49,635 bases of DNA from a virus. Lineage: Duplodnaviria > Caudoviricetes. A program made the position numbers and the translations under genes. The stretch is from IMG/VR virus record IMGVR_UViG_3300025120_014607, positions 1-49,635 of that record; one strand, written 5' to 3'. Shown here one piece after another: positions 1-10,389 of the stretch (positions within the stretch are counted from its first letter, which is position 1; every line of letters starts with the position of its first letter). A model generated the notes under the pieces. The model ran no database searches, had not been told where the DNA came from, and saw only the letters and a list, made by a program, of their open reading frames with translations.

Positions 1-2
1 AA

Positions 3-353
3 GATGCTTATGGTTTTTATCAAAAGCCAATCACTGAATTAACAATATATCAGTTGAGAGTTGTGTTGTTTGGTAAGATGTTTTTCAACATATTCCAGTT
101 TACTGAAGATATACCAGACAATATCCGTGATGATCCAGAAAAACTTTTATCTTATTCAGAATCTAAAAGAAACAATAACAGTAATCCTATTAGGGATGAC
201 GCTGCTGGTTCTGCTGTTTTCGGAGCTACTGACCAAGATGTTAAAGAACTAGGAGGAACATCAGGAGGAGTTTCTCTATCAGAGGAAGCTAAAAAGCATG
301 GCGGTACGCTAAACATGGAACAAATGATGAGATTAGCTGGGCATGATGTGTAA
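3..353 (+). CDS. C-terminal part of a gene entering from the left edge; possibly a tail assembly chaperone (position only)
   Basis: Frame is open from position 3 to TAA at 351-353; lies immediately upstream of the tape measure gene. Confidence 0.6.
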   Translation, partial: DAYGFYQKPITELTIYQLRVVLFGKMFFNIFQFTEDIPDNIRDDPEKLLSYSESKRNNNSNPIRDDAAGSAVFGATDQDVKELGGTSGGVSLSEEAKKHGGTLNMEQMMRLAGHDV

Positions 354-386
354 ATCTTTGTGTAATTACAATAAAGGTTTACGGAT

Positions 387-3300
387 ATGCCAATCAAAGT
401 ACCAGTCACACAAACAGGATTAGAAGCCAGCATCGAAGCTGCCGCTAAAAGCGCGGGTAGGAAGCTTAAGATAAACTTAGGCACAAGTGCGAAAAGTATC
501 GAAGGTTTATCCCAACCTCTTGGGCGAATCACTGGTAAGGCAGATCAGTTTACAAAATCAATGGAAGCGGCCAACGCCCGTGTGTTAGCGTTCGGGGCTT
601 CAGTAGGTGTTTTATCTGCGGTTACAAGGGGCTTTCAAGAGTTAGTGCGAACTACTATCGATGTAGAAAAAAGATTAACTGCTATTAACTCTATTTTAGG
701 GGGGACTGCCAGCCAGTTAGATTCCTTTAAAAAGACAATTTTCGATGTAGCTAAAAATACAGAACAATCTTTTGGCACGGTTGCGGATGCAGCTTTAGAA
801 TTAAGCCGTCAAGGTTTGAAGGCTGAAGAGGTTACCAAGAGGTTAAATGATTCTTTGATTTTAGCGCGTTTGTCTGGCTTGGGAGCTTCAGAGGCTGTGG
901 CTGGTTTAACCGCTGCTATTAACTCTTTCAACAGAGAGGGTGTCACTAGTGCGGAAGTTCTCAACAAATTGTCTGCGGCAGCGGTTTCGGCTGCGGTTTC
1001 AGAAAGAGATCTTATCGAAGGTATTAAGCGATCTGGTTCTGTTGCTATTCAAGCTGGTGTTTCACTAGATGAATTAGTCGGTGTTATCACGGCAGTGCAA
1101 ACTAAAACAGCCCGAGGTGGTGCTGTTATTGGTAACTCATTTAAAACAATTTTTACTCGTATTCAAAGTCTGGACAAACTGCAAACAATGCAGAATCTTG
1201 GAGTTCAAGTAACAGACTTAAATGGAGACGTTTTAAGTGGAACGAAATTAATAGAAAATTTAGCCAAAGCTCTTGGAAATGTTCCTGATGCTAGAAGGTT
1301 GCAGATCGCAGAAAATTTAGTAGGTAAATTCCAAGTCGCCCCGTTCTTGGCTATTTTAGATGATTATAATTCTAAAACTTCAAAAGCTATCGAGGTTACT
1401 AAAATTTCTCAAAACGCAACGACAGAAGCCTATGAACGTAACAAAGCTTTAAGTCAAACTTTATCAGCAGCTATAAACTCCACAGTTGTTAGTGTCCAGC
1501 AACTAGCAGAAACTTTAGGTAAAATAGGAGTTACTGACAATTTAAAAGGTATCTTAACTTTCTTTAATAATCTAGTGTCAGGGCTGCAAGGTTTATTAGA
1601 TGGAGATTCGTTAGGTAGTAAATTCGCTAAAGGAATTGTAGCTGGTATAGGTAATGTTCTTAGTGGTCCTGGGTTAGCTATATTCGGAGCTATTATTGCT
1701 AAATTAACTATAGACCTTGCCAAGTTTGGTGTGGGTTCTTTGCAAACATTCTTTGGTTTAAATAAAGCAGCTAAAGAACAAGCGACTTTACAAGGGCAAA
1801 TTGCATCTACTCTTTTGGGTAATTCAGATATCCAAAAAAGAATTTTAACAATAGAGAATAGCACTCTTAGCGTCGAGCAAAAGAGAGCTGCTCAAACAAA
1901 GTTCTTCACTACAGCTCTCAATGAACAGTTAGCTGTGATGACTCGGATGCAAGCAATTGCTGCGAAGGTAACTCCTGGGGTTTTTGCTGGAACTAGAGGT
2001 GGAAAAGGAAGAGCTGCTGGAGGGTTTATCCCTAACTATAATGCAGTAATGGGTTATGGCTCTGAACAAGCAGATATAAATCGTGGAGTAGGAGGAGCAC
2101 CAAGTTCGGCTAAACCCGTCACTATACCTAACTTTAATTTCGGAGGTGGCCAAAAAGGAACGATGGTGGCGAACAACAGTGAGTATATGGTTCCTAATTT
2201 TGCTGGAACTGGAGGATCTGCTATATTCAACCAAGAAATGGTTGCTTCTATGGGTCTTCCATCTGGAGCTAAAAAGGTTGGCGCGGCTGGAGGATATATA
2301 CCTAATTTTGCTACGATTCCTTCCGCATTCAGTAATTTTGTAAGGCAAAGAGTCCCAAAAGCTTTCCCTGATGGGAGATTTTCACAAAATGCAGCTCAAA
2401 AACAATTAGGTATTGATGTTGGCGCTGATGCTCAAATGAGGAATTTATATGCTAATTCATCATTGAGGAGAGATTTTGATAAATTGTCTGCGACAGATAA
2501 GAGAAATTTAAAGGTTGGATCTAAACAGGCAAGTGTTGTAAAGAAAGGGACTGAACAGAAGTCTTCATATGGTCTTTTATATCCTGATGCAAAAGGAGGT
2601 CTTCCAGCTAAAACCATAACTTATCAGAACAAAAGAATAAGAACTATACCTGTCGCGACAGAACCTTCTGACATACTATATAAACAAGTAAGAAAATCTT
2701 TAGTTTCAGCAGCTTCAAAATACGCAGAAAAACTAGGATTCAATCCAGATATAGTTAAAGAGAAAAAATTTAAACAAGCGGTAGATAGAAATCTTAATGA
2801 AGGGGCTGTTGAGGGGGCTTTTGGTAGTGTTTTCGAATCGGCTTTTCAAGGGGCTATAGGAACGGCACAAAAGTCAAACGTAAGGTGGGACTTAGCAAAC
2901 AGAGGATCTATCGAAAGTTTACTTGGGAAAATATCATCGAAGGGACTACTCTCAAAAACAGTAAGACCAGAGTTACAATTAATTCAAAAAGCTGATTTTA
3001 AAAATAGTTTAAGTTCCGATAACTTAGCTAGTGTAGTAGCTAAAATAAAAGCTTCTCCGATTGGTAAAGCTGCAAGTGGTTACATACCTTCTTTTGCTCG
3101 TCCTTTACAAGAAGCAGTAGCTAGGGAAACTGCGGCAGGTTTACCAATTAATCAAGTAAGAATAAATCAAGACGCATCTCTAAGAAATGGCGCGAACCCA
3201 ATGGGTCTCGCTGTCACAAACACAAGAGACGAGCCTACAGGAGCTATTCCTAACTTCGCTAAAAAAGCTACTCCAGATCAAGCAACAGATGCTATGGGTG

Positions 3301-6300
3301 GATTAGTAGGAAAGCTGTTAGCTACGCAAATAGCATTTTCTGCTTTGAGTGGACTTTTAGGAGAGGTTACTGAAAAGAATTCAGCTTTATCTACAGGATT
3401 AACAATACTGAACGGTGTTGTTAGTGCGGCTTTTGCTGCCCAAGTTTTTGGTGGAGCTAAAGGTATAATAGGTGGAGCGCGGAATTTAGCTGGGACTTTT
3501 TCTCGGGGAAGACAATCAGGAGCAACAATGGCAGGAAAAGGGGCGGCAATCATGAGAAGAGGGAGGAGATCTGTGTCAACTGGGTTTGGTGCGATGAGAG
3601 GTGCGGGAGCCGTAGGAGCTGCTAAAGGTGGAGCTACCGCTTTAATGGGTGGATTAAAAGTAGCTGGTGGAGCTTTACTTCGTTTCGCTGGGCCTATAGG
3701 AGCTGTGGCAGGTACAGTGCTACTTGTTAACAAAGGTTTGAATGCTCTAAATGGTAGCACTGCCGCTGCGAAATTAGGACAAGAGGCTTTAGGAAGAGCT
3801 GCGGAAAATGCAGCGATGGAGTTAGCAGATCTAAGATTTAAAGGACAAAGAGAACGAAAAGAATTCACAGACACTTCCACATCTTTAGCTAATCAGGCCG
3901 CTGCCAGAATAAAGGAAAAAGGTTTTGTTGGAATGGGCAACGACAAAGTTCAAACAGAAAACATAAGAGGGCTTGTCGAAGCAGCTTACAATGCTGGTGC
4001 TACTAGTAAAGAAGTCAACGCAATTCTTGACGAGCAAGATGAGAAGAGAAAAACTCGTACAAGATCAGTTCCTATATATGGTGCTAGCTCGGGATTTGGT
4101 GGAGCCTCTGTAACTGGGTATAGGAACCAAACAGTGCGGAATGAAGACTTTGAATTCACTAGCAAACAAAGCGAAGCTATGGTAAAAGCGCTTGAGGCTT
4201 TAAGCGAGGTGGATTTTTCTGCCAGACAAGATGCTTTATCTAAATTTGTAGCGGAAGACCCAACTTTGAGAAAAAATTTAGCTAGTGATGACGAGGTTGT
4301 CAGAAAAGCAGCCGAAGAAAGGATCTCTAAAAAAGCTGTCGAATTAGGAGTAACTACAGAATTAAAAGCCGTTCCTATAGCTGAAGGTAGAGAGTCAGGA
4401 AAAGCCGCTGACGATGAAAAGTTAACTAGATCAGCTCAAGTAAGAGCGGATATAGCAAAAGCTCAAGCGATATCTGAATTAAAAATATTAGAAATAAAAT
4501 CTAAAGCTATAGGTAATTTAGACATAGAATTGCAGAGAGGTCAACTTTTAAATGATCTTAGTCAATCAGAATTATCTGCTTTAAAAACTAAAATTGCCCT
4601 TAGAGATGAAGATAGAAATCTAAACGGTCAAATTTCAGGATTGTTACAAGAAGAAATAGGAAAGGTAGAAAAATTAACAGTAGAAGAAGCAAAAAGAGAA
4701 TCTCTTAAAAAGGCTATAAAAAATATTAATTTAGAAGACCTTAAAGATGCAAAAAAGAGAGAAATAATACTTAACAATCTAAGAGATTTAGCTGGTGAGG
4801 AAAAAGATATCTCTGAATTATTAAATAATTTATTCGGAGAAGGTGTAAAAGATTTATTAAATCAAAGTGAAGCGAGAAAAGGTAATATCAAGCTGACTGA
4901 AAAAGAAACACAGGCTCAAATAAAACTCACTGAAGCTATGAAAATGTCTCAAGCGGATTTTAAAGTAGGCACAAGTCGAGACGCTTTCAATGTAACGAAT
5001 AAATCAAATTTAGAGAGAAATAGAATAAATTTAGAATTAAGTAGAGTAAGAGGAGATCAATCTCTAACACCAAAAACTAAAAGAAGTGATGAAGTAAAAT
5101 TATTAAAAGAATTGAATCAACTTGATATCAAAGATGCAGATGCTGAAGCTATTAAAAATACAAGAACAGAACTAAGCTCTTTTTTAGATACATTTAAAGG
5201 ATTTGCTGAAGCTGGAACATTTAAATTTCTAATGGAAGACCTCGGAGACACAAGTCTTACCCCCGAAAAAAGATTAGGTCTAGTAAATGATATGCTGACC
5301 GATACTGGGCCATTTGATCTTAGGGCTAATGCTACAGACGATGAGAAAATAGCGATCAATGACCTCACAGAAAAAGTAAGACAATTTATAGAATCTTTAA
5401 AAACTACAAAAGATGGAATTGGTAAAGCAGGAGAAGAACTAGACGAAAGTATTGATTTGGTTGGACAAATTAAAATGTTTAATCAATTACTTTTTGAATT
5501 CGTAGATAGTTTTAGACAAGCAAGAGAACAATTAAAGATTTCAACTCTTACTGCTGATTCAGGGAGTGCTATGATTGATGTTGCTGGTCAAAGGATAGAC
5601 GCGAATAGAAGACTTATGGCGGGTCAAGACCCTGTAGCACAAGTCGAAGTTACAAGGCAATCGGCAATCAGAAAATTACAGGACAAAGCTTTTTTAGCTC
5701 CAACAAGGGCAGATAGAAGAAATGTAGAAAGAGAACTAGAAATTGTCAATCAACAATTCGCAGTTCAAAAAGAATTGTCAGCTTTGTTAAGTAATGAAGA
5801 AACTCCTCTAGAAATAATAGAACAGAAGAGGAAGGAACTTTTAAAATTAGACAAAGAAAGATTGACAGTAAATCAATCCTTGGGTGCTTTATTTGAAAAT
5901 ACATTTATTAAATCTAACGAAGATATACAAAATAATTTTAATAAGAATTTGGTATCTAGCGCTGAAAAGTTTGCTAACACTCTTTCTGACGGTTTGACTG
6001 ATGCAATAGCAAAGGGGGAAAGTTTAGGAGATATTCTTAAGCAAGCAGCATCAGAATTTTTCCTAGAGCAATCTAAAAATAATTTTAAGACAGCGTTTGA
6101 TAAAGGTATAAAACTTTTTGGTTTTAACGAAGGAGGTAAAGTAACAGGTGGTTCTGGAGCCAGAGATGATGTTCCAGCTTTATTAACAGGTGGAGAGTTC
6201 GTGATGAACAGAAAAGCTGTTGATAAGTATGGATCAGCTTTCATGTCATCTCTAAACCAAGGCTCTATCCCAACTATGAATAGAGGGGGATTGTTTACCC

Positions 6301-7136
6301 CAGGGACTTTTGGACAGGGAGCGATGAAGGGTAAGAGAAATCTTTTAGATTTTGCCACACAATCTTTCACTACTGGACAATTTGATAAAGTTTCGGGTGG
6401 ATCAGGATTTGCATCTGTAGCACTAGAGCCTCAAAGTGCAGCTTTGACAATGTTTGGGAGGAGAAACAGCCCAGCGTTCCAGAAGGAGCAAGAATCAAAA
6501 AAGAAAGCTTTTGGTCTTTTTGTGAATCAAGTAAAAAAAGAAAAAGAATTCAAAGATAGTCAAACTAGTTTAGGGGATGCTCTAATGGGCGCTGTAAAAA
6601 GTTTTGTTATTAGTTCTGCTGTCAAAGGTTTGGTCAGTAGAGCTTCTAATGCAGCTTCGTTTGGGAAAGTGGGTGAAGACGGAATAGGTAGAGCTATGCC
6701 TCTAAATGAAGACGGAACACAAATGAACTTCTTGCAAAGGATGATGCTAACACCGCCCAAAAAAGCTACTGGAGGCTCTATACCTTATGCAGCAGGAGTC
6801 GATACTGTTCCCGCTATGTTATCTGGGGGAGAGTTTGTCATGAACGCTGCCGCTACACAGAGAGTAGGAAGAGGGACTCTTTCTTCTATAAACTCTGGTG
6901 GAGGAACAGATGACAATGGTGCGGTTGTAGGAAAGTTAGATGAATTAATTTCTGTTTCTGAAAATAGTGGTGAAACTACTATAAATATAACAGTGAATTC
7001 TGATGGAACATCTGATGAAAGTGGGAATGGGGATGATAAAGGCTCAAATCTGGCACTCAAAATAAGAGATGTCGTAAGACAGGTTATTAGTGATGAACAG
7101 AGGTTGGGGGGATCTTTAAGAAAAGCTAACGCATAA
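387..7136 (+). CDS. Phage tail tape measure protein (2249 aa)
   Basis: N-terminal TP901-type Ala/Gly-rich helical region (ELSRQGL, GNSFKTIFTRI), long coiled-coil middle, two C-terminal DxVPAxLxxGEFVMN motifs typical of TMPs; followed by tail genes. Confidence 0.93.
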   Translation: MPIKVPVTQTGLEASIEAAAKSAGRKLKINLGTSAKSIEGLSQPLGRITGKADQFTKSMEAANARVLAFGASVGVLSAVTRGFQELVRTTIDVEKRLTAINSILGGTASQLDSFKKTIFDVAKNTEQSFGTVADAALELSRQGLKAEEVTKRLNDSLILARLSGLGASEAVAGLTAAINSFNREGVTSAEVLNKLSAAAVSAAVSERDLIEGIKRSGSVAIQAGVSLDELVGVITAVQTKTARGGAVIGNSFKTIFTRIQSLDKLQTMQNLGVQVTDLNGDVLSGTKLIENLAKALGNVPDARRLQIAENLVGKFQVAPFLAILDDYNSKTSKAIEVTKISQNATTEAYERNKALSQTLSAAINSTVVSVQQLAETLGKIGVTDNLKGILTFFNNLVSGLQGLLDGDSLGSKFAKGIVAGIGNVLSGPGLAIFGAIIAKLTIDLAKFGVGSLQTFFGLNKAAKEQATLQGQIASTLLGNSDIQKRILTIENSTLSVEQKRAAQTKFFTTALNEQLAVMTRMQAIAAKVTPGVFAGTRGGKGRAAGGFIPNYNAVMGYGSEQADINRGVGGAPSSAKPVTIPNFNFGGGQKGTMVANNSEYMVPNFAGTGGSAIFNQEMVASMGLPSGAKKVGAAGGYIPNFATIPSAFSNFVRQRVPKAFPDGRFSQNAAQKQLGIDVGADAQMRNLYANSSLRRDFDKLSATDKRNLKVGSKQASVVKKGTEQKSSYGLLYPDAKGGLPAKTITYQNKRIRTIPVATEPSDILYKQVRKSLVSAASKYAEKLGFNPDIVKEKKFKQAVDRNLNEGAVEGAFGSVFESAFQGAIGTAQKSNVRWDLANRGSIESLLGKISSKGLLSKTVRPELQLIQKADFKNSLSSDNLASVVAKIKASPIGKAASGYIPSFARPLQEAVARETAAGLPINQVRINQDASLRNGANPMGLAVTNTRDEPTGAIPNFAKKATPDQATDAMGGLVGKLLATQIAFSALSGLLGEVTEKNSALSTGLTILNGVVSAAFAAQVFGGAKGIIGGARNLAGTFSRGRQSGATMAGKGAAIMRRGRRSVSTGFGAMRGAGAVGAAKGGATALMGGLKVAGGALLRFAGPIGAVAGTVLLVNKGLNALNGSTAAAKLGQEALGRAAENAAMELADLRFKGQRERKEFTDTSTSLANQAAARIKEKGFVGMGNDKVQTENIRGLVEAAYNAGATSKEVNAILDEQDEKRKTRTRSVPIYGASSGFGGASVTGYRNQTVRNEDFEFTSKQSEAMVKALEALSEVDFSARQDALSKFVAEDPTLRKNLASDDEVVRKAAEERISKKAVELGVTTELKAVPIAEGRESGKAADDEKLTRSAQVRADIAKAQAISELKILEIKSKAIGNLDIELQRGQLLNDLSQSELSALKTKIALRDEDRNLNGQISGLLQEEIGKVEKLTVEEAKRESLKKAIKNINLEDLKDAKKREIILNNLRDLAGEEKDISELLNNLFGEGVKDLLNQSEARKGNIKLTEKETQAQIKLTEAMKMSQADFKVGTSRDAFNVTNKSNLERNRINLELSRVRGDQSLTPKTKRSDEVKLLKELNQLDIKDADAEAIKNTRTELSSFLDTFKGFAEAGTFKFLMEDLGDTSLTPEKRLGLVNDMLTDTGPFDLRANATDDEKIAINDLTEKVRQFIESLKTTKDGIGKAGEELDESIDLVGQIKMFNQLLFEFVDSFRQAREQLKISTLTADSGSAMIDVAGQRIDANRRLMAGQDPVAQVEVTRQSAIRKLQDKAFLAPTRADRRNVERELEIVNQQFAVQKELSALLSNEETPLEIIEQKRKELLKLDKERLTVNQSLGALFENTFIKSNEDIQNNFNKNLVSSAEKFANTLSDGLTDAIAKGESLGDILKQAASEFFLEQSKNNFKTAFDKGIKLFGFNEGGKVTGGSGARDDVPALLTGGEFVMNRKAVDKYGSAFMSSLNQGSIPTMNRGGLFTPGTFGQGAMKGKRNLLDFATQSFTTGQFDKVSGGSGFASVALEPQSAALTMFGRRNSPAFQKEQESKKKAFGLFVNQVKKEKEFKDSQTSLGDALMGAVKSFVISSAVKGLVSRASNAASFGKVGEDGIGRAMPLNEDGTQMNFLQRMMLTPPKKATGGSIPYAAGVDTVPAMLSGGEFVMNAAATQRVGRGTLSSINSGGGTDDNGAVVGKLDELISVSENSGETTINITVNSDGTSDESGNGDDKGSNLALKIRDVVRQVISDEQRLGGSLRKANA

Positions 7137-7945
7137 TGTATGACACAACTTTAAATTACGACTGCCACTTCTTTATATCAGGAGTCGATGGAAGTCCATC
7201 AGCGAGAGAGCTTTCGGGGATAGAAAGTCTTGATATAGGTTATTCCAATAGCAGTAACGTTTTAGCTCCTTTAGGGTCTACCCGTGGATTAACGGCAGTT
7301 GGAGGAGCTACGAGTCAAACTGTTTCTTTTTCTAGAAATTTAATTTATCAAGATCCTATTTACGATTTTAGGCGCGATTCTGAAGTTATGGCAGGGAGTT
7401 TTAATTATAATAATAATACTTCTTATGGATTTAATAGTGGATATTTGTCATCTTATTCCGTGAATTGTGCCGTAGGCGCTATACCTAAAGTTAATGCATC
7501 CTTTATTGTTTATGATGAAATGAGAAGCGGAGTCAATGCTACTGGAACAGCTAATACTAACATCTATATACCGAGTCAAGGATCTATAACTGCTACTTGT
7601 GATAATAGTTCTAGTAATCGTGTGATTGGTTTTGATTACTCATTAACTATTAATAAAAAGCCATACTATACAATTGGATCTGAAACACCAACAGAGGTAA
7701 AACATATAAGCCCCATTCAGTTTTCGGCTTCTGTGCAAATGGAAGTGGATGATACATTCTTACAAAGTGGTTTTGATTTTTTAAATGACAGAGAAAATAA
7801 AACTGTTGTTTTTTCAGTAAAAGGAAAAGACGGATCTACAATTCAATCTTTGGGAATTCCAAATGCTTCTCTTGTTTCAGAACAATTGACATCTAGTTCT
7901 GATGGAGCAGTTCGTTTAACACTTAACTATATAGGACACGAATAA
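7136..7945 (+). CDS. Tail structural protein, tail-tube-like
   Basis: Beta-rich S/N/G composition, TAATG-coupled to the TMP stop, shares motifs with 8903-10003 (SSYSVNCAVGAIPKV vs TSYGLSYSVGSLPSV). Confidence 0.6.
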   Translation: MYDTTLNYDCHFFISGVDGSPSARELSGIESLDIGYSNSSNVLAPLGSTRGLTAVGGATSQTVSFSRNLIYQDPIYDFRRDSEVMAGSFNYNNNTSYGFNSGYLSSYSVNCAVGAIPKVNASFIVYDEMRSGVNATGTANTNIYIPSQGSITATCDNSSSNRVIGFDYSLTINKKPYYTIGSETPTEVKHISPIQFSASVQMEVDDTFLQSGFDFLNDRENKTVVFSVKGKDGSTIQSLGIPNASLVSEQLTSSSDGAVRLTLNYIGHE

Positions 7946-8901
7946 TGAGCGAAAGTTTATTTTATAATAGAGACCAGAATATTTCTGGCATAACAATACC
8001 TTCGAGTTTTCCAGCTCTAGGTCTTACTCCTATTTATGGATCTACTGTAGAATTTTCCGCAAGAGATCATAATTATAAAACTGATGATTTTTATTATAAT
8101 TTAATACCGATGTCAGTTAATAGTTTGACTGCTAAATTTGGTTTAAAGTATGAGGTAAATGAGACTAATGCACAGAAATTAGCTGTGTTTTTCGAAGCTC
8201 AAAATGGAAATAATAGTTTTAAATTTGCGCCAGATTCATCTAACATATACAAAGAGATGTCAGGCGTTTGTGATAGCTACGGAATTACCTTCGTCAACAA
8301 TCAACATTATCAAGTAGTATCTAGTATAAGTGTAGACCATGCGCCAACTTTATTTAATTGGTCGGGAATGGGTTCTTTCTGTAATTTAGATTTTCAGGCT
8401 TACGATTATTCTAGTTCGTATGAAAAGTATGATGTCGTTTATACAGGTATAAATCAAAACAAATTAGACAACTTCTATTACTGCACTGGGGAGCATACTT
8501 CGGCTCAAGTAAATAGTCCTACAGGAACAGGCTCAATGTGGAGTCAAAAATTCTTTTTTGAGCCAGACATAGGAAGTCAGCCTACTGTAGAAATAAAAAG
8601 TGATGTTTTAGAATATAAAAACTCTTTTATTCAACGATTTAAAACGAATGACAACATTTCTACTTTTGATATTAGTTATAATTTTACTAATATTTCTGAT
8701 GCCCAAACCAAAAGCATGATTCACTTTTTAGAAAATAAAGGTGGTTATAGAAGATTCGAACATCAAATACCTTCAGTTTATAATAGACCTAAAGTTTACT
8801 ATTGTAATAGTTGGTCACATACTTGGAATTATGCAAATTCCAATACTTTAAAGGTTGATTTTAAAGAAGACCCATTGGGCGTAATTCCAACAGGAACATA
8901 A
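7945..8901 (+). CDS. Minor tail / distal tail (Dit, lambda gpM-like) protein with two tandem domains
   Basis: Two copies of a gpM-like pattern: AQKLAVFFEAQNGNNSFKFAP and TKSMIHFLENKGGYRRFEHQIP; position after TMP. Confidence 0.65.
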   Translation: MSESLFYNRDQNISGITIPSSFPALGLTPIYGSTVEFSARDHNYKTDDFYYNLIPMSVNSLTAKFGLKYEVNETNAQKLAVFFEAQNGNNSFKFAPDSSNIYKEMSGVCDSYGITFVNNQHYQVVSSISVDHAPTLFNWSGMGSFCNLDFQAYDYSSSYEKYDVVYTGINQNKLDNFYYCTGEHTSAQVNSPTGTGSMWSQKFFFEPDIGSQPTVEIKSDVLEYKNSFIQRFKTNDNISTFDISYNFTNISDAQTKSMIHFLENKGGYRRFEHQIPSVYNRPKVYYCNSWSHTWNYANSNTLKVDFKEDPLGVIPTGT

Positions 8902-8902
8902 A

Positions 8903-10003
8903 ATGGCGAGAAATATTGTAAAAAGTTATAATTCTGTAGTAGCTACTTCAGAATCTACTGTGGCTTTCAGCACTGCGGATCAATCCTTGTTATTACACAA
9001 AATAACACAGGGTTTAGAATATTCTATAGGATATGAAAGACAGAAGTCGAAGCAAATTGGCTCTCAAGATTTTTCTACTAATGATATTTTTCGACAGCCA
9101 GATGTATCATTAAATATTACATATATTCCTGAACCTAGTTTTGCTAATGAAGTTCAAGGAAGATTTATTGGCACAAAACCCAATTCTTCATTTAAAAACT
9201 TTTTCGACACCAACGAACAGGATTCTACAAATTTTTTTGTGTTGATAACAAAAAATGCAGAAGATAGTTTTTTAGATAAAATAGAATTTTTGACCGCTGG
9301 AGGTCAAAATTTTAATGGCGATGACGCTATTGCTTTTGGTAATTGTTTCGCTACCTCTTATGGTTTAAGTTATTCTGTAGGTTCCTTACCATCAGTTAGC
9401 ACTCAATACATATGCTCTAATACAGTATTTGATAAATTAACTGGCACATCTATGCAGTCTCCAGCCATAAATTTAACTGGAGGTAATAATGATAATGTGG
9501 GAAGAACAAGGTTTAATTTCAATATAGAATCAAGTAGCGCGAGTTTAGAAAAGGCTCCTCCTATAGTTAATCAAAATAATACTAATAGTGATGTTACTTT
9601 ACAGAATTTACAAGTTGGAGGTCAAATCATTTCTGGAAGACATTTAGTTCAGTCTGTTGATATGAATGTGTCGTTGCCAAGGGTTTCTTCTTACGGACTA
9701 GGTAATGATTACGCTTATAACAGAAAAAGGCAGTTCCCAGCAAATGGAACATTTTCTGTCTCATCTCTAGTTTCAGGTTTAGAAAGCGGTGCTATGACAG
9801 GAGTTTTAACTTCTGATCAAAGTTATCAGTTTGATCTAAAACTAGATGCTAGCGGAAAAAATATGATTTATAGAATTGAAGACGCAAAGTTGACATCCTA
9901 TGATTATTCTATGAATGTAAATGGGACAATGAGTTATGACGCTTCATTTAGTTTTGAAGTAACACAATCAAAAGGTTTGAAAGTAAGTGGAACTTATTAC
10001 TAA
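8903..10003 (+). CDS. Tail structural protein, tail-tube-like paralog of 7136-7945
   Basis: Repeated pattern QGLEYSIGYERQKSKQIGS / VQSVDMNVSLPRVSSYGLG, and AKLTSYDYSMNVNG; end of tail operon. Confidence 0.6.
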   Translation: MARNIVKSYNSVVATSESTVAFSTADQSLLLHKITQGLEYSIGYERQKSKQIGSQDFSTNDIFRQPDVSLNITYIPEPSFANEVQGRFIGTKPNSSFKNFFDTNEQDSTNFFVLITKNAEDSFLDKIEFLTAGGQNFNGDDAIAFGNCFATSYGLSYSVGSLPSVSTQYICSNTVFDKLTGTSMQSPAINLTGGNNDNVGRTRFNFNIESSSASLEKAPPIVNQNNTNSDVTLQNLQVGGQIISGRHLVQSVDMNVSLPRVSSYGLGNDYAYNRKRQFPANGTFSVSSLVSGLESGAMTGVLTSDQSYQFDLKLDASGKNMIYRIEDAKLTSYDYSMNVNGTMSYDASFSFEVTQSKGLKVSGTYY

Positions 10004-10389
10004 TCGTAATCGATTTTAATATTTTTGCTGTCGTAGCCTTTTTCTTTAATCCTGTTCGGATGCTCTGCGCCTTTACGTTCTTTTTTGTAATTGTCGTAAA
10101 ACTTTTCCTTTACTGGATCTAAGCCCCCAGATTTTTCTGCTCTCTTCGCACTCAATTCAGCAGACAGGTCCATCATATCGCCTATAGTGCCTTTTTTGTT
10201 GTGAGTAGCGTCAATGTATTGTTGATTATTAAAAGGGTCTATAGAGCTATCTATGGAGGCGTGGGGGACGGTCCAAACCCTCCCCCACTCTACACCAAAT
10301 TCGTCTATATATATGTGTTCATCATTCATCCTTTGAAACACCTCGCGGTGTTCATCTGTATCAGGATGTTTGTAAACATATAAAGACAT
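10000..10389 (-). CDS. Hypothetical protein with FmdB-like N-terminus lacking the CxxC
   Basis: MSLYVYKHPDTDEHREVFQRM resembles the FmdB start MPxYxYxCxxCxxxFE; coupled to the Hsp20 stop. Confidence 0.55.
   Translation of the reverse strand: MSLYVYKHPDTDEHREVFQRMNDEHIYIDEFGVEWGRVWTVPHASIDSSIDPFNNQQYIDATHNKKGTIGDMMDLSAELSAKRAEKSGGLDPVKEKFYDNYKKERKGAEHPNRIKEKGYDSKNIKIDYD

Noticed and set aside
152-7060. Numerous minus-strand ORFs opposite the tape measure gene
   Set aside because: Antisense shadows of a long Ala/Gly-rich gene with no recognisable motifs; the same applies to short nested ORFs in RNR, dnaB, dnaE and clp
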